Assembly: GCA_910587575.1 (NCBI GenBank)
Contig: CAJULU010000003.1
Coordinates: 29,172-93,171 of the forward strand
Direction of reading: 5' to 3'
Length of the DNA stretch: 64,000 nt
DNA from: an uncultured Dorea sp.
GTDB lineage: Bacteria > Bacillota > Clostridia > Lachnospirales > Lachnospiraceae
Positions 1-10,340 of the stretch are shown here, piece by piece (within the stretch, counting starts at the first letter, position 1; every line of letters starts with the position of its first letter). The position numbers and the translations under genes were made by a program. Under the pieces are notes generated by a model. The model did no database searches and was not told where the DNA came from. It saw only the letters and a list, made by a program, of their open reading frames with translations.

Positions 1-22
1 GATAAAAAGAGAAGGACAGGAT

Positions 23-925
23 ATGGACGAGATACAGTTTAAAAGAGCAGAGTTAGAAGATAAGGATATCATTTCACATTACTTTCACCATCATACCAGC
101 CGGAGCTGTGAGAGGACATTTGCCAATGTGTACCTGTGGTCACGCCAGTATCCGGTGAAATGGGCCATTGTGGAGAATGCGCTGGTATTTAAGAGCGAGG
201 ACGAGGAACATCTGGCTTTCGCCTATCCGGCCGGAGAGGCAGAGGACGTGCACAGGGCCATTGAATGGCAGATGGAGTTTTGTAAGGAACGGGGCGTGCC
301 GTTTCAGATGTATAATCTGACGCCGGATCAGTTTGAGCAGCTGGACCAGTGGTATCCTGGGAAATTTCAGATTGAGTATGACAGGGACAGTGCGGATTAT
401 GTCTATGAGTCGGAGAAGCTTGCGGCTCTGTCCGGTAAGAAACTGCATGGGAAACGGAACCATATTAATAAATTTAAGAAACTGTACGAAGACAGATGGT
501 CGTATGAGGCGCTCTCGGACCAGAATGTGGAAGAGTGTTTTCAGATGGCGTTAAAGTGGCGGGAAGAGAACGGATGCGAGGATGACCCTGCAAAGCGGGG
601 AGAGATCTGTGTGACTATGAATGCCCTGCGTCTGTTTCACGAACTGGAACTGACAGGCGGGATTTTGCGCATTGACGGTAAAGTGGTGGCATTTACCATC
701 GGGGAACCGGTATGCTCCGATACTTATGTTGTCCATATTGAGAAGGCGTTTGCAGACGTGGAAGGCGCATATCCCATGATTAACCAGCAGTTTGTAGAGC
801 ATGAATGTACAGAGTATACCTATGTGAACCGTGAAGAGGATACGGGGGCGGAAGGACTGCGCAAGGCAAAGCTGTCGTACCGTCCTGTATTTATGGTAGA
901 GAAGGGGCTTGTGACAGAGGGATAG
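23..925 (+). CDS. DUF2156 / phosphatidylglycerol lysyltransferase-like domain protein
   Basis: 300-aa ORF with family motifs LSGKKLHGKRNHINKF, VHIEKA and NREEDTGAEGLRKAKLSYRP. Confidence 0.8.
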   Translation: MDEIQFKRAELEDKDIISHYFHHHTSRSCERTFANVYLWSRQYPVKWAIVENALVFKSEDEEHLAFAYPAGEAEDVHRAIEWQMEFCKERGVPFQMYNLTPDQFEQLDQWYPGKFQIEYDRDSADYVYESEKLAALSGKKLHGKRNHINKFKKLYEDRWSYEALSDQNVEECFQMALKWREENGCEDDPAKRGEICVTMNALRLFHELELTGGILRIDGKVVAFTIGEPVCSDTYVVHIEKAFADVEGAYPMINQQFVEHECTEYTYVNREEDTGAEGLRKAKLSYRPVFMVEKGLVTEG

Positions 926-939
926 AAGGAGAGAAGAAC

Positions 940-2133
940 ATGATAGCAGAGAAGATGAAGAATATGGTGGCAAACAGTTCGGCGATCCGGGCGATGTTCG
1001 AGGAGGGCAACCGGCTTGCGCAGATTTACGGGGCGGAGAACGTGTTTGATTTCAGCCTTGGCAATCCGAACGTGGCGGCGCCGGAGGCGGTAAAGAAGGC
1101 AATCCTGGAATTGCTGGATGAGAACGACCCGGTGGTTCTTCATGGGTATACCAACAGCAATTCCGGTTATGCAGACGTGCGGGAGACGGTGGCACAGTCT
1201 CTGAATGAGCGGTTCGGGACGAAGTTTGCCGGAAAGAATATTGTCATGTCCGTGGGTGCGGCGGGAGGACTGAATGTCATTCTGAAGACCTTGCTGAATC
1301 CGGGAGACGAGGTCATTGCGTTTGCCCCGTATTTCGGAGAATACCGTTCTTATACCAATAATTATGACGGTGTTCTGGTGGAGATCTCACCGAATACCGT
1401 AGATTTTCAGCCGAAGCTTGGGGAATTTGAGGAAAAGATTACGCCTAGGACTAAGGCGGTCATTGTGAATACGCCGAATAATCCTACAGGAGTGGTTTAT
1501 TCGGAGGAGACGATACAGAAGCTTGCGGCGGTTATGGAGGCAAAACAGAAGGAATATGGGACGGAGATCTATCTGATCTCTGATGAGCCTTACCGTGAAC
1601 TGGTCTATGACGGGGTAACGGTTCCTTATCTTACAAAATATTATGCCAATACGATTGTAGGGTATTCTTACAGTAAGTCTCTATCCCTGCCGGGAGAACG
1701 GATCGGCTATCTGGTGATTCCGGACGAGGTGAAGGACAGTGAGGAGGTGCTTGCGGCGGCCAACGTGGCCACGAGGATCTTAGGATTTGTGAATGCGCCG
1801 ACTCTGCAGCAGAAGGTGGTTATGAAGTGTATCAGTGAGAAGACGGACATTTCTTTCTATGACAGGAACCGTGAGACTCTGTACCAGGGGCTTAAGGAAT
1901 GCGGATTCCAGTGTATCAGACCCCAGGGGGCATTTTACCTCTTTGTGAAGTCTCCGATTGCTGATGAGAAGGAGTTCTGTGCGGCGGCGAAGAAATACAA
2001 TCTCCTTCTGGTGCCGGGAAGTTCTTTTGCATGCCCTGGGTATGTAAGGCTTGCCTACTGTGTGGCTTATGAGACTATTGTGAATTCATTGCCCAAATTC
2101 AGAGAACTGGCCGGGGAGTATGGTTTAATCTGA
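940..2133 (+). CDS. PLP-dependent class I/II aminotransferase (aspartate aminotransferase-like)
   Basis: NTPNNPTG, DEPY and SYSKSLSLPGERIG (PLP lysine) motifs; AAGGAG RBS. Confidence 0.9.
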   Translation: MIAEKMKNMVANSSAIRAMFEEGNRLAQIYGAENVFDFSLGNPNVAAPEAVKKAILELLDENDPVVLHGYTNSNSGYADVRETVAQSLNERFGTKFAGKNIVMSVGAAGGLNVILKTLLNPGDEVIAFAPYFGEYRSYTNNYDGVLVEISPNTVDFQPKLGEFEEKITPRTKAVIVNTPNNPTGVVYSEETIQKLAAVMEAKQKEYGTEIYLISDEPYRELVYDGVTVPYLTKYYANTIVGYSYSKSLSLPGERIGYLVIPDEVKDSEEVLAAANVATRILGFVNAPTLQQKVVMKCISEKTDISFYDRNRETLYQGLKECGFQCIRPQGAFYLFVKSPIADEKEFCAAAKKYNLLLVPGSSFACPGYVRLAYCVAYETIVNSLPKFRELAGEYGLI

Positions 2134-2205
2134 CAGACTGTAAAGGAGTCCGGGTTCTGGAGGGCGCGGCACCAGGGACGGTGCGTATCGGAAAAGAGGA
2201 CAGAA

Positions 2206-3270
2206 ATGATGAGAACATTTGAGAAAAATATCCGTAAGGTAGAGCCTTACGTGCCGGGGGAGCAGCCCCAGAATAAAGTAATCAAACTGAATACCAACGA
2301 GAATCCCTATCCGCCGTGTCCGGGCGTGGTGAAAGCCCTGGAAACGTTAGACACGGACAGACTCAGGCTTTATCCGGATCCTGCCTGCACTTTGCTGGTA
2401 GATGCGCTTGCGGATTTCTATCATGTGAAGCCGGAGCAGGTGTTCGTGGGCGTGGGATCGGATGATGTGTTGTCCATGTGTTTCCTGACCTTTTTTAATT
2501 CACAGAAGCCGGTATTATTTCCGGATATTACATATTCCTTCTATAAGGTCTGGGCAGAACTTTACCGGATTCCATACGAATGCCAGAAGCTGGATGAGGA
2601 TTTCCGGATTGTGAAGGAGGATTACTACCGGGAGAACGGCGGCGTGATCTTCCCGAATCCGAACGCTCCCACTGCCATCTATGAAGAACTGGACGTGGTG
2701 GAGGATATCATCCGGAACAACCAGGATGTGATCGTGATTGTGGATGAGGCTTACATAGACTTTGGGGGAAAGTCTGCGCTGGAACTGATTGACCGGTATG
2801 ACAATCTGGTGGTGGTCCAGACATTTTCCAAGGCCAGATCCATGGCGGGTATGCGGATCGGGTATGCCATCAGCAATCCTCTGCTGATACGGTACTTAAA
2901 TGATGCGAAGTATTCCTTTAATTCCTACACCATGAACCAGGCGGCGCTGGTATGCGGCGTGGAAGCGGTAAGGGACAGGGAATATTTTGAGGAAGGAATC
3001 CGTAAGATTGTGGAAACAAGGGAGTGGGCCGGGAAGCGGCTGGCAGAACTTGGGTTCCGGTGCCTTGATTCCAGTGCGAACTTTATCTTTGCCACCCATC
3101 CTGCATATGATGCGAAGGAATTATTCGAGGCATTGAAGGAGAACGGAATTTATGTCCGTTACTGGGGAAGTGAAAGGATTGGGCAATACTTAAGGATCAC
3201 CATTGGAACAAGGGAAGAGATGGAAGTATTATTTGGATTTCTTGAGAGATATATGGGAAAGAAGAACTGA
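2206..3270 (+). CDS. hisC: Histidinol-phosphate aminotransferase
   Basis: KLNTNENPY, YPDP, GSDD, DEAYIDF and TFSKARSMAGMRIGY motifs. Confidence 0.9.
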   Translation: MMRTFEKNIRKVEPYVPGEQPQNKVIKLNTNENPYPPCPGVVKALETLDTDRLRLYPDPACTLLVDALADFYHVKPEQVFVGVGSDDVLSMCFLTFFNSQKPVLFPDITYSFYKVWAELYRIPYECQKLDEDFRIVKEDYYRENGGVIFPNPNAPTAIYEELDVVEDIIRNNQDVIVIVDEAYIDFGGKSALELIDRYDNLVVVQTFSKARSMAGMRIGYAISNPLLIRYLNDAKYSFNSYTMNQAALVCGVEAVRDREYFEEGIRKIVETREWAGKRLAELGFRCLDSSANFIFATHPAYDAKELFEALKENGIYVRYWGSERIGQYLRITIGTREEMEVLFGFLERYMGKKN

Positions 3271-3290
3271 GGATTGTTAAGGAGAAGGTT

Positions 3291-3803
3291 ATGACAGAAA
3301 CATTAGTACAGAGTATTATCGATGCCCTGGGCGGAAGCGTTGGAAAGGAAGCGATTGTATTTATCATATCCATGGTACCGATCCTGGAGCTCAGGGGTGC
3401 GCTTCTGGTGGCAGGGCCGCTGCTTGGCGTGCCTGTGGCCAGGGCAATACCGCTGTGCATCATAGGAAATATCATTCCTGTGCCGTTTATCCTGCTTCTG
3501 ATCACGCCGGTTTTTAACTGGATGAAGGGGACGAAGCTTTTTAAACCCATGGTGACGAAACTGGAATCCAAGGCCATGAGCAAGAGTGACAAGATTGAAA
3601 AGTATGAGTTCTGGGGACTGGTGCTGTTCGTGGGAATCCCTCTTCCTGGAACCGGAGCGTGGACGGGATCGCTGATTGCGGCACTGCTTGGCGTGAAGTT
3701 TAAGAAAGCATTTCCGGCGGTAATTCTGGGAATCTTTATGGCGACTGTGATTATGTGGTTTATTTCCTATGTGCTGCTTGGAGGAGTGCATGTTCTGGGG
3801 TAA
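3291..3803 (+). CDS. Small multidrug export family membrane protein (COG2426)
   Basis: SMVPILELRGA and FVGIPLPGTGAWTG signatures; hydrophobic. Confidence 0.8.
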   Translation: MTETLVQSIIDALGGSVGKEAIVFIISMVPILELRGALLVAGPLLGVPVARAIPLCIIGNIIPVPFILLLITPVFNWMKGTKLFKPMVTKLESKAMSKSDKIEKYEFWGLVLFVGIPLPGTGAWTGSLIAALLGVKFKKAFPAVILGIFMATVIMWFISYVLLGGVHVLG

Positions 3804-3813
3804 ATATATAGCT

Positions 3814-3867
3814 GGGCTGCCATGAAATACGATTGTTCTGCAGTATTTCATGGCAGCCCTGTTTTTT
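3814..3867 (+). terminator. Intrinsic terminator
   Basis: 17-bp perfect stem GGGCTGCCATGAAATAC / GTATTTCATGGCAGCCC followed by a T-tract. Confidence 0.85.
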
Positions 3868-3936
3868 ATCAATTTCATTCATTGGTTGAAATGCGTAATG
3901 GGGTGTGATAAATTGTGAGACAGAGGAGAAAATGAC

Positions 3937-4857
3937 ATGAGAAACGTACAGGGAGTGGAATTTCATGTCGGAAGCAGGGAAGAATTTTTCCCGGAATTTG
4001 CGGCTGATTTTCCATATATTGCTTCCCGGGCAGAACTTGACAAGTATGCCGGGGGATTAGCGCCGTGGCACTGGCACAGGCCGGTAGAACTTTTTTATAT
4101 GGAGAGCGGCCTTCTTGAGTATGAGACTCTGGGCGGCAGGGTTTTGTTTCCGGCAGGATCCGGCGGCCTGGTGAATGCCAACGTACTTCATATGACGAGA
4201 GTCCTGGGGCAGACGGAAGAAAACATCCAGCTTCTGCACATCTTTGACGTTTCCCTGCTTGCAGGGGAACAGGGCAGCAGGATTGAGCAGAAATACATCA
4301 CTCCGGTTACAGCGGATTCACAGATAGAAATCCTTCCCCTTTTCCCGGAAGATAAGGAGCAGCAGCAGATTCTGAATCTTATCCGGGAGGCATTTCGCAT
4401 TCCGGCAGGGCAGTTCGGTTATGAGATCAGACTGCGCCAGGCCTTGTCAGAGATCTGGCTGCGGTTATTTGAGCAGGCCCGTCCCATCCTGGCAAAGGGA
4501 GGAGAGCCTCAGAAAAGGAACGGCCAGATCAAACAGATGATGATCTATGTCCGGGAACACTATTCTGAAAAAATCTCTATCTCAGAACTTGCGGCTGCTG
4601 CCTACTTAAGCGAACGGGAATGCTTCCGGGTCTTCCATGACTGTCTGCACATGACGCCTGTGGAATATATCAAAAGCTATCGTCTGCAGGAAGCCTGCCG
4701 CCAGCTGGCAAGGGAACAGAAGCCGGTTACGGCGGTCAGCCATGCCTGCGGCCTGGGGAGCAGCAGTTACTTCGGAAAAGTTTTTCGGGAATACATGGGG
4801 TGTACGCCCACACAATACCGGGCAAAATGGCAGGATTGTGATAGACAGGGGCAGTAA
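3937..4857 (+). CDS. AraC family transcriptional regulator with cupin domain
   Basis: N-terminal WHWH cupin motif; C-terminal HTH with CGLGSSSYFGKVFREYMGCTP. Confidence 0.9.
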   Translation: MRNVQGVEFHVGSREEFFPEFAADFPYIASRAELDKYAGGLAPWHWHRPVELFYMESGLLEYETLGGRVLFPAGSGGLVNANVLHMTRVLGQTEENIQLLHIFDVSLLAGEQGSRIEQKYITPVTADSQIEILPLFPEDKEQQQILNLIREAFRIPAGQFGYEIRLRQALSEIWLRLFEQARPILAKGGEPQKRNGQIKQMMIYVREHYSEKISISELAAAAYLSERECFRVFHDCLHMTPVEYIKSYRLQEACRQLAREQKPVTAVSHACGLGSSSYFGKVFREYMGCTPTQYRAKWQDCDRQGQ

Positions 4858-4931
4858 TGGAATAGTTTTCTTATATTGTCTGCATTATAATGACATCTGT
4901 AACAGCAACGGCTTATTGCAGGAGGAAAGAT

Positions 4932-5579
4932 ATGGAACTAAATCAAAAGACTGCCGAACAGGCATTAAGAGAAGCAGCAGAATCGAATCCCGGGGCATGG
5001 GTGGATCATTCCCGCTATGTGGCGGAAGCCTGCCGGAATATAGCGGCCTGTTGCCAGGGGGTATCCGAACGCCAGGCTTACGTGCTGGGATTAATGCATG
5101 ATATCGGGCGTTATGCGGGAGTCAGTTCGGAAAAGCATCTGATTGACGGCTACCGCTACTGTATGGAGCGCGGATGGGAGAAAGCAGCCCAGATCTGCAT
5201 TTCCCATGCGTTCATGATACAGGATATCCACACTTCCATCGGCAGATTCGATGTGAGTGATGAGGATTACCGGTTTATGGAAGAATTTGTCGCACATGCA
5301 GAATATGATGATTATGACCGTCTGGTGCAGTTATGTGATTCGTTAGCACTGCCCACGGGATTCTGCCTGCTGGAGAAGCGGTTTGTGGACGTGACGATCC
5401 GTTACGGCGTCCATCCGGCAACGGTGGACCGGTGGAAGAAGATTCTGGAGATTAAGTCTTATTTTGAACACAAGACAGGCTGTTCTGTCTACAGTCTGCT
5501 TCCGGGCGTTGTGGAGAACAGTTTTGAACAGTCCTGGAATATTACCGGCTTTTCAGCGACCGGAAAAACGGTTCCATAA
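4932..5579 (+). CDS. HD domain phosphohydrolase
   Basis: H...HD...D motifs (DHS, MHDIGR, LCD); GGAGG RBS supports ATG at 4932. Confidence 0.8.
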   Translation: MELNQKTAEQALREAAESNPGAWVDHSRYVAEACRNIAACCQGVSERQAYVLGLMHDIGRYAGVSSEKHLIDGYRYCMERGWEKAAQICISHAFMIQDIHTSIGRFDVSDEDYRFMEEFVAHAEYDDYDRLVQLCDSLALPTGFCLLEKRFVDVTIRYGVHPATVDRWKKILEIKSYFEHKTGCSVYSLLPGVVENSFEQSWNITGFSATGKTVP

Positions 5580-6132
5580 GGTCACAGCCGTACTGGACCA
5601 GTGAGTACCGTTTCTGCTGCAGGCACCAGTTGTAGGTAATTCCAATCTGGAAGCTGGTAATCATGTCCGTCAGAACCGTGTAGGTATGCTGTGATTGAAT
5701 CTGCCCGGATTCAATTCCGTCTTTCAGAAGCTGCCGGAGAATCTGGTAATACTTCCTGTCCGGATTCAGAATATGCCGCACGCCGTCTGTCATGACCTGA
5801 AGTCCATACAATGTGGGATAGAAGGCACAGAAAGGGGAAGACTCTACGGCGTGCATGACATAGTGGTTGAAGGAAATCAGATTATCTACGATATGCAGGC
5901 TTTCATCATAGTAATCTTTAAGCCATGTGTCGTAATCATTGTCATAGATGTAGGCAATGGTAAAGAGCAGTTCTTCTTTCCCGCGGAAATGGTGATAGAA
6001 AGCGCTGCGGGAGGTGCCTGATTTTTTAATAATATCTGATATGGTTGTCTCATCATAACCATGCTCCTGGAATAGTTCCCATGCAGCCTGCATGATTCTG
6101 TTTTTCGTATTCTTCTTATAAGGGCCGCGCAT
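5542..6132 (-). CDS. TetR/AcrR family regulator
   Basis: N-terminal HTH TTISDIIKKSGTSRSAFYHHFRGKEELL; divergent from the peptidase cluster. Confidence 0.9.
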   Translation of the reverse strand: MRGPYKKNTKNRIMQAAWELFQEHGYDETTISDIIKKSGTSRSAFYHHFRGKEELLFTIAYIYDNDYDTWLKDYYDESLHIVDNLISFNHYVMHAVESSPFCAFYPTLYGLQVMTDGVRHILNPDRKYYQILRQLLKDGIESGQIQSQHTYTVLTDMITSFQIGITYNWCLQQKRYSLVQYGCDLMEPFFRSLKSR

Positions 6133-6210
6133 ATCATTCTCCTTTTTCTCCTGTAAACGATTAGCAGTTTTATAGATTATATGGTAACATAAAGAATCTT
6201 ATTGTTCAAC

Positions 6211-6239
6211 TTGACTAAGACATTATCCTTTGTTAAAAT
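6211..6239 (+). promoter_or_regulatory. SigmaA-type promoter of the peptidase/pcp operon
   Basis: TTGACT-N17-TAAAAT with extended -10 TG. Confidence 0.6.
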
Positions 6240-6295
6240 AAAAACAGGAATGAAGTACGGAATTTAGTTTGAATTTGAAAGGAGAAGAAGAGATC

Positions 6296-9200
6296 ATGGA
6301 GCGGTTAAGGATAAAAAAGCCGTCTGACAGAGAAGAAATGCGTTATGCGCTGGAGGCGGCGCTGCTTCTGGGGTTTCAGTCGGAGACAGCCGTTTTTCCG
6401 GCTGCAGCACCGGACGGTGAGACTGAGGTTCCCAGGACAGAAGAAGAACTGCTGGGGCTGTGGAGGATGGAAGACAGGGAGCAGACGGGAGGATATCTTC
6501 CCGCTGAAAAGAAGGGGCCGGTGTTTGAACCGGACTTCCGGGAGAAAAGAGGGCTTGAGTATCTGTTCTCGAGAGGAGTGTTTTTAAAAGACGAGGATTA
6601 TGATTTCCTGCCGGACAGGCTGGATGTGAAGCTGGTTCTCCCGGACGATGCGGATGAATGGATGCTTGCGGCAGCCTGTAATCTTGCCTTCCGGTTCGGA
6701 ATGGAGACAACGGCTTACCAGGGCGGTATTCTTGCGCCGGAGGGGTATGAGGGAAATGCAGTCATCTTTTCCTATGGAGAGACTGCGCAAGTGGCCCTGA
6801 TCGAGAAGCCGGAAGGGAAAGCAGCAGAGAAAGCAGAGAGCCGGAAGCCGGATGCAGTACAGGTGCGGGTAAGCGGAAGCGGCCGGGAACTTCTGGAATT
6901 ATGCAGCCTGATCTGTGAGAAATTCCCTCTGACGGACGGAGTGTGGAGAAGCTGGCGGGATGTGCTGATGGACTTTACAGATGATTTTGCCATGAGGGGA
7001 GCTGACGGACAGCTTGCCTTTCTTCGTGCGCTTGAGGAGGGGAAGGATGGAAAGCATAAGTTCGTCCTATATGGTTCCCCGGAGATCAGCGGGGCACAGA
7101 AAAGGTATTTCCCGGAGGCACAGATTAAGGATTATAAGTCCGGAAGGAAGATTTATGAGAAGAATTATGAACTTCCCTGGGAAGCGGATGTTTTTGAGAG
7201 GGTTTTAAGGGATGAGATTTATCCGAAACTTGGGAAGGGGGACAAGGTAAGGATAGAAGGGGCTTTAAGCGAGGGACAAAAGGTGCGGGAGGAGATTGCC
7301 GCACGTATTGGGGAAGAAGTGGAAAAGAGGGGCGCCTGCGCCGGAGGGATCCGGATTATCTGTGCCTATAAGCAGGGGTATTCATGGATGGCTGAGAACG
7401 TGATCCCGGCTGTCATGGGGAAGGAGACGGAGAAGATTGAGATTTTCTTCCGTCCGTTTCTCCCGGAGGGTGAGACAGAGTGGCTGGACGAGAACGGCGC
7501 AACCCCTTCCTACCACAATCTGAAAGCAGATGACCCGGACCGGTGGTATGACCTTCCGATCCGTTATCTGCAGGAACTGTATCCGATCCAGGATATGCTG
7601 ACAGAGAAACTGTCCGTTCCCAAGGAGCGGGTGGTATTTGGGGCCTATGAAGGAGAAGAGGAACTGACCTATCTGTGCAGGATCACAGGAAAGGACGGGA
7701 ACTGTGAGGAGTTCCGGTATCTTGCCAGATATTCGGAAAGGCCGTATCTTGACGGATATCCCAGTCTTGGGAAGGTTCACCCGGCAACGGGATATATCCA
7801 GGTGTGGATCAATGAAGAGGAGGTTCTGAACCGGAAGCTTCCTACCGATCTGGAAGGGATCTGGGACATTTACCAGAAACAGGTATTACCGGAGTGCCGT
7901 GCCTATATTGAGGAGAAGACAAAGGGAGAGGCTCATTCACATATGCAGCCCTTCTTCCAGGAATTATCCCTGGAGGTCTGGGCAAGCGAACCGGATTTCC
8001 GGACAGGAAGCAGGGAGGATCTGATCTCTTCGTTAGATGCGCTTCATGAGGATCTGTATTTCGTTGGAAGTGATTATTTTAAAAATTATGGCGTTCAGAC
8101 GGTGGATGAGGTTTTTGATGCGCCGGGACTGATCCTGCCAAAGATTCATCAGCGGAAGGGCGCGCCGTCTTTCCGGGTAACGCTGTATGAGCGGCAGAAG
8201 GAGGAGCCTTGTATTCTGGATGGCGGTAAAGTAATACTGAGTCAGAAGGAGAGAGGGCAGATTTCCCTCTGGATTTCCAGGATCAGCTGCCGGGATGGAA
8301 AGCTGGTGGCAGAGATTCCGGTAAAGGGCGTCAGGGCGGAAGTGACTGCGGCGTATGCGAAGCTTTTTTCCGATGGCGTCCTGTCTGCCGGTCAGGAGAT
8401 GGATGAAGGGTATGAGATCTGTTTTGTGGGCGAAGATGGAAACAGATATGAGGCGTCGGTGCCGTTAAAGAGCCCGGTCCAGAAAAAGTGCATTACGGAA
8501 ATCGACCTTCATGAAAAGGAACTGATCGGTTATGAAACTTACCGGGAGATGATAGAAGAACTGAAAGGTGTGGAAGGCATCCGGGTTTTCAGAACGGCGC
8601 GTTCTTATGCCGGGAGAGAGCTTTACGGAATCTGGCTGGAGCCTCAGTATCAGGGATATCTTTCCATGACGAAGCGTCTGGGCAGGTGTCCCAGTGAGAT
8701 TATCAATGCCAGACACCATGCCAACGAGGTGTCCAGTACCAACGGGGCCTTTCTGCTGCTTCGGAAGCTGCTGACAGAAGAGGACTACCGGGGAATTTCG
8801 GACTGGCTGAATCTGGTGATCGTCCCCATGGAGAACGTAGACGGTGCGGCAATCCACTACGAACTTCAGAAGGAACATCCATACTGGAAGTTCCATGTGG
8901 CAAGATTCAATGCCGTGGGAAAAGAATTCTATTATGACCATTTCCTTCAGGATACGATTCACGGGGAGGCAATGGGACTGACCAGACTGTTTGAAAAGTT
9001 TGTGCCGGACATCATCGTGGATAACCACGGGGTGCCAAGCCATGAGTGGGAACAGCAGTTTTCCGGCTACACATCGCCGTCCTACAAGGGATTCTGGCTG
9101 CCCAGGTCCCTGCTTTACGGGTACTTCTGGTATGTGACGGATCCGGAATACCGGGGCAATTATCCAGTCAACAAGAAGATGGAGGATGTGATTGCCGATA

Positions 9201-9601
9201 AGATTGCAGAGAATGAGGAGATGGCGGCATGGAACCGGGAGTGGAGCGCACAGTTTGAGAAATATGCCCATGGGTGGATGCCGAAGCTGTTTCCGGCAGA
9301 TTACTATAAAGAGATGATTAATTACTGGATACCATTTGCGTATGACAGAAATCACAGGTATCCTTCCATCCGCTTCCCGTGGATCACTACGGTGGCATAC
9401 ACCAGTGAGGTGGCGGATGAGACGGCACAGGGGGAATATCTGAACCTTTGTGCAAGGGCACATATGGCACATGACGAGGCGACGCTTTCGATGCTGAAGA
9501 ATGCAGAGCATAGGAAAAAGTGTGTCTGCGAGTGCCGCAGCGGACAGATCTTTGCCGAATATTCGAGGATGAGGCCGATGGTCATCGGAGATTCGGAGTA
9601 A
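6296..9601 (+). CDS. Large M14 family zinc metallopeptidase with long uncharacterised N-terminal region
   Basis: C-terminal M14 motifs HHANE, PMENVDG, RFNAVG and VDNHG. Confidence 0.75.
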   Translation: MERLRIKKPSDREEMRYALEAALLLGFQSETAVFPAAAPDGETEVPRTEEELLGLWRMEDREQTGGYLPAEKKGPVFEPDFREKRGLEYLFSRGVFLKDEDYDFLPDRLDVKLVLPDDADEWMLAAACNLAFRFGMETTAYQGGILAPEGYEGNAVIFSYGETAQVALIEKPEGKAAEKAESRKPDAVQVRVSGSGRELLELCSLICEKFPLTDGVWRSWRDVLMDFTDDFAMRGADGQLAFLRALEEGKDGKHKFVLYGSPEISGAQKRYFPEAQIKDYKSGRKIYEKNYELPWEADVFERVLRDEIYPKLGKGDKVRIEGALSEGQKVREEIAARIGEEVEKRGACAGGIRIICAYKQGYSWMAENVIPAVMGKETEKIEIFFRPFLPEGETEWLDENGATPSYHNLKADDPDRWYDLPIRYLQELYPIQDMLTEKLSVPKERVVFGAYEGEEELTYLCRITGKDGNCEEFRYLARYSERPYLDGYPSLGKVHPATGYIQVWINEEEVLNRKLPTDLEGIWDIYQKQVLPECRAYIEEKTKGEAHSHMQPFFQELSLEVWASEPDFRTGSREDLISSLDALHEDLYFVGSDYFKNYGVQTVDEVFDAPGLILPKIHQRKGAPSFRVTLYERQKEEPCILDGGKVILSQKERGQISLWISRISCRDGKLVAEIPVKGVRAEVTAAYAKLFSDGVLSAGQEMDEGYEICFVGEDGNRYEASVPLKSPVQKKCITEIDLHEKELIGYETYREMIEELKGVEGIRVFRTARSYAGRELYGIWLEPQYQGYLSMTKRLGRCPSEIINARHHANEVSSTNGAFLLLRKLLTEEDYRGISDWLNLVIVPMENVDGAAIHYELQKEHPYWKFHVARFNAVGKEFYYDHFLQDTIHGEAMGLTRLFEKFVPDIIVDNHGVPSHEWEQQFSGYTSPSYKGFWLPRSLLYGYFWYVTDPEYRGNYPVNKKMEDVIADKIAENEEMAAWNREWSAQFEKYAHGWMPKLFPADYYKEMINYWIPFAYDRNHRYPSIRFPWITTVAYTSEVADETAQGEYLNLCARAHMAHDEATLSMLKNAEHRKKCVCECRSGQIFAEYSRMRPMVIGDSE

Positions 9602-9644
9602 AGATAGAGAGTCAATCATATTTTATCTAAAGGAGGAGTTTTCT

Positions 9645-10325
9645 ATGGAACTTGTGAAATTGGCGGGTGTACTGATCGTAATCGTCGGGTTTGCGCTGAA
9701 GCTGGATTCTATTCTGATTATTTTTCTGGCGCTTATTACGACCGGGATCGTGGGAGGCCTTGGGGTTGGCGGCCTTCTGGAGACGATCGGGGTGAATTTT
9801 GTGGCAAACAGGAGTATGGCAATCTTTATCATGATTCTTCTGATTACCGGTGTTCTTGAGAGGAACGGTCTTCGGGAGGCGGCGACGGATCTGATCAAGA
9901 AGGTCAAGGGCGCCACGGCAGGTAAGGTGGTTGCTGCTTATGGTATCATGCGTGGAATTTTCGCTGCCTTTAACGTAGGATTCGGCGGTGTGGCAGGATT
10001 TGTACGTCCGGTAGTGCTTCCGATGGCAGAAGCCGCTGTTAAGAACCAGGGGCACGAGGCAAAGGAGGAGCATGTGGAGGATATCAAGGGAATGGCTTCC
10101 GCTATGGAGAACTTTACCTGGTTCTTCTGGCAGGTGCTTTTCGTGGGCGGTTCCGGCGGGATCCTGGTGCAGAGTACGCTGGCATCCTTAGGGTATGAGG
10201 TAGAACTGATTGAACTGGCGGCAGCAGAGATTCCGGTTGCGGTTTTTGCTCTGATTGTGAGCTGTGCCATGACTCTGATGACGGACAAGAAGCTTACCAG
10301 GAAATACTATGGAGAAAATAAGTAG
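9645..10325 (+). CDS. DUF969 membrane protein (putative 5-oxoproline transporter subunit)
   Basis: LERNGLRE and GFVRPVVLPMA motifs; adjacent to DUF979 and pcp. Confidence 0.8.
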   Translation: MELVKLAGVLIVIVGFALKLDSILIIFLALITTGIVGGLGVGGLLETIGVNFVANRSMAIFIMILLITGVLERNGLREAATDLIKKVKGATAGKVVAAYGIMRGIFAAFNVGFGGVAGFVRPVVLPMAEAAVKNQGHEAKEEHVEDIKGMASAMENFTWFFWQVLFVGGSGGILVQSTLASLGYEVELIELAAAEIPVAVFALIVSCAMTLMTDKKLTRKYYGENK

Positions 10326-10340
10326 GAGGCAGGATGAAGA

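Noticed and set aside
5542..5579. 38-bp convergent overlap of the HD and TetR genes
   Set aside because: Short 3' overlaps are common, and there is no further evidence of function.
8465..9619. Long antisense ORFs (also 20473-21438, 46524-47555, 62575-63225 and others)
   Set aside because: They are shadows of well-supported genes on the opposite strand and have no motifs.
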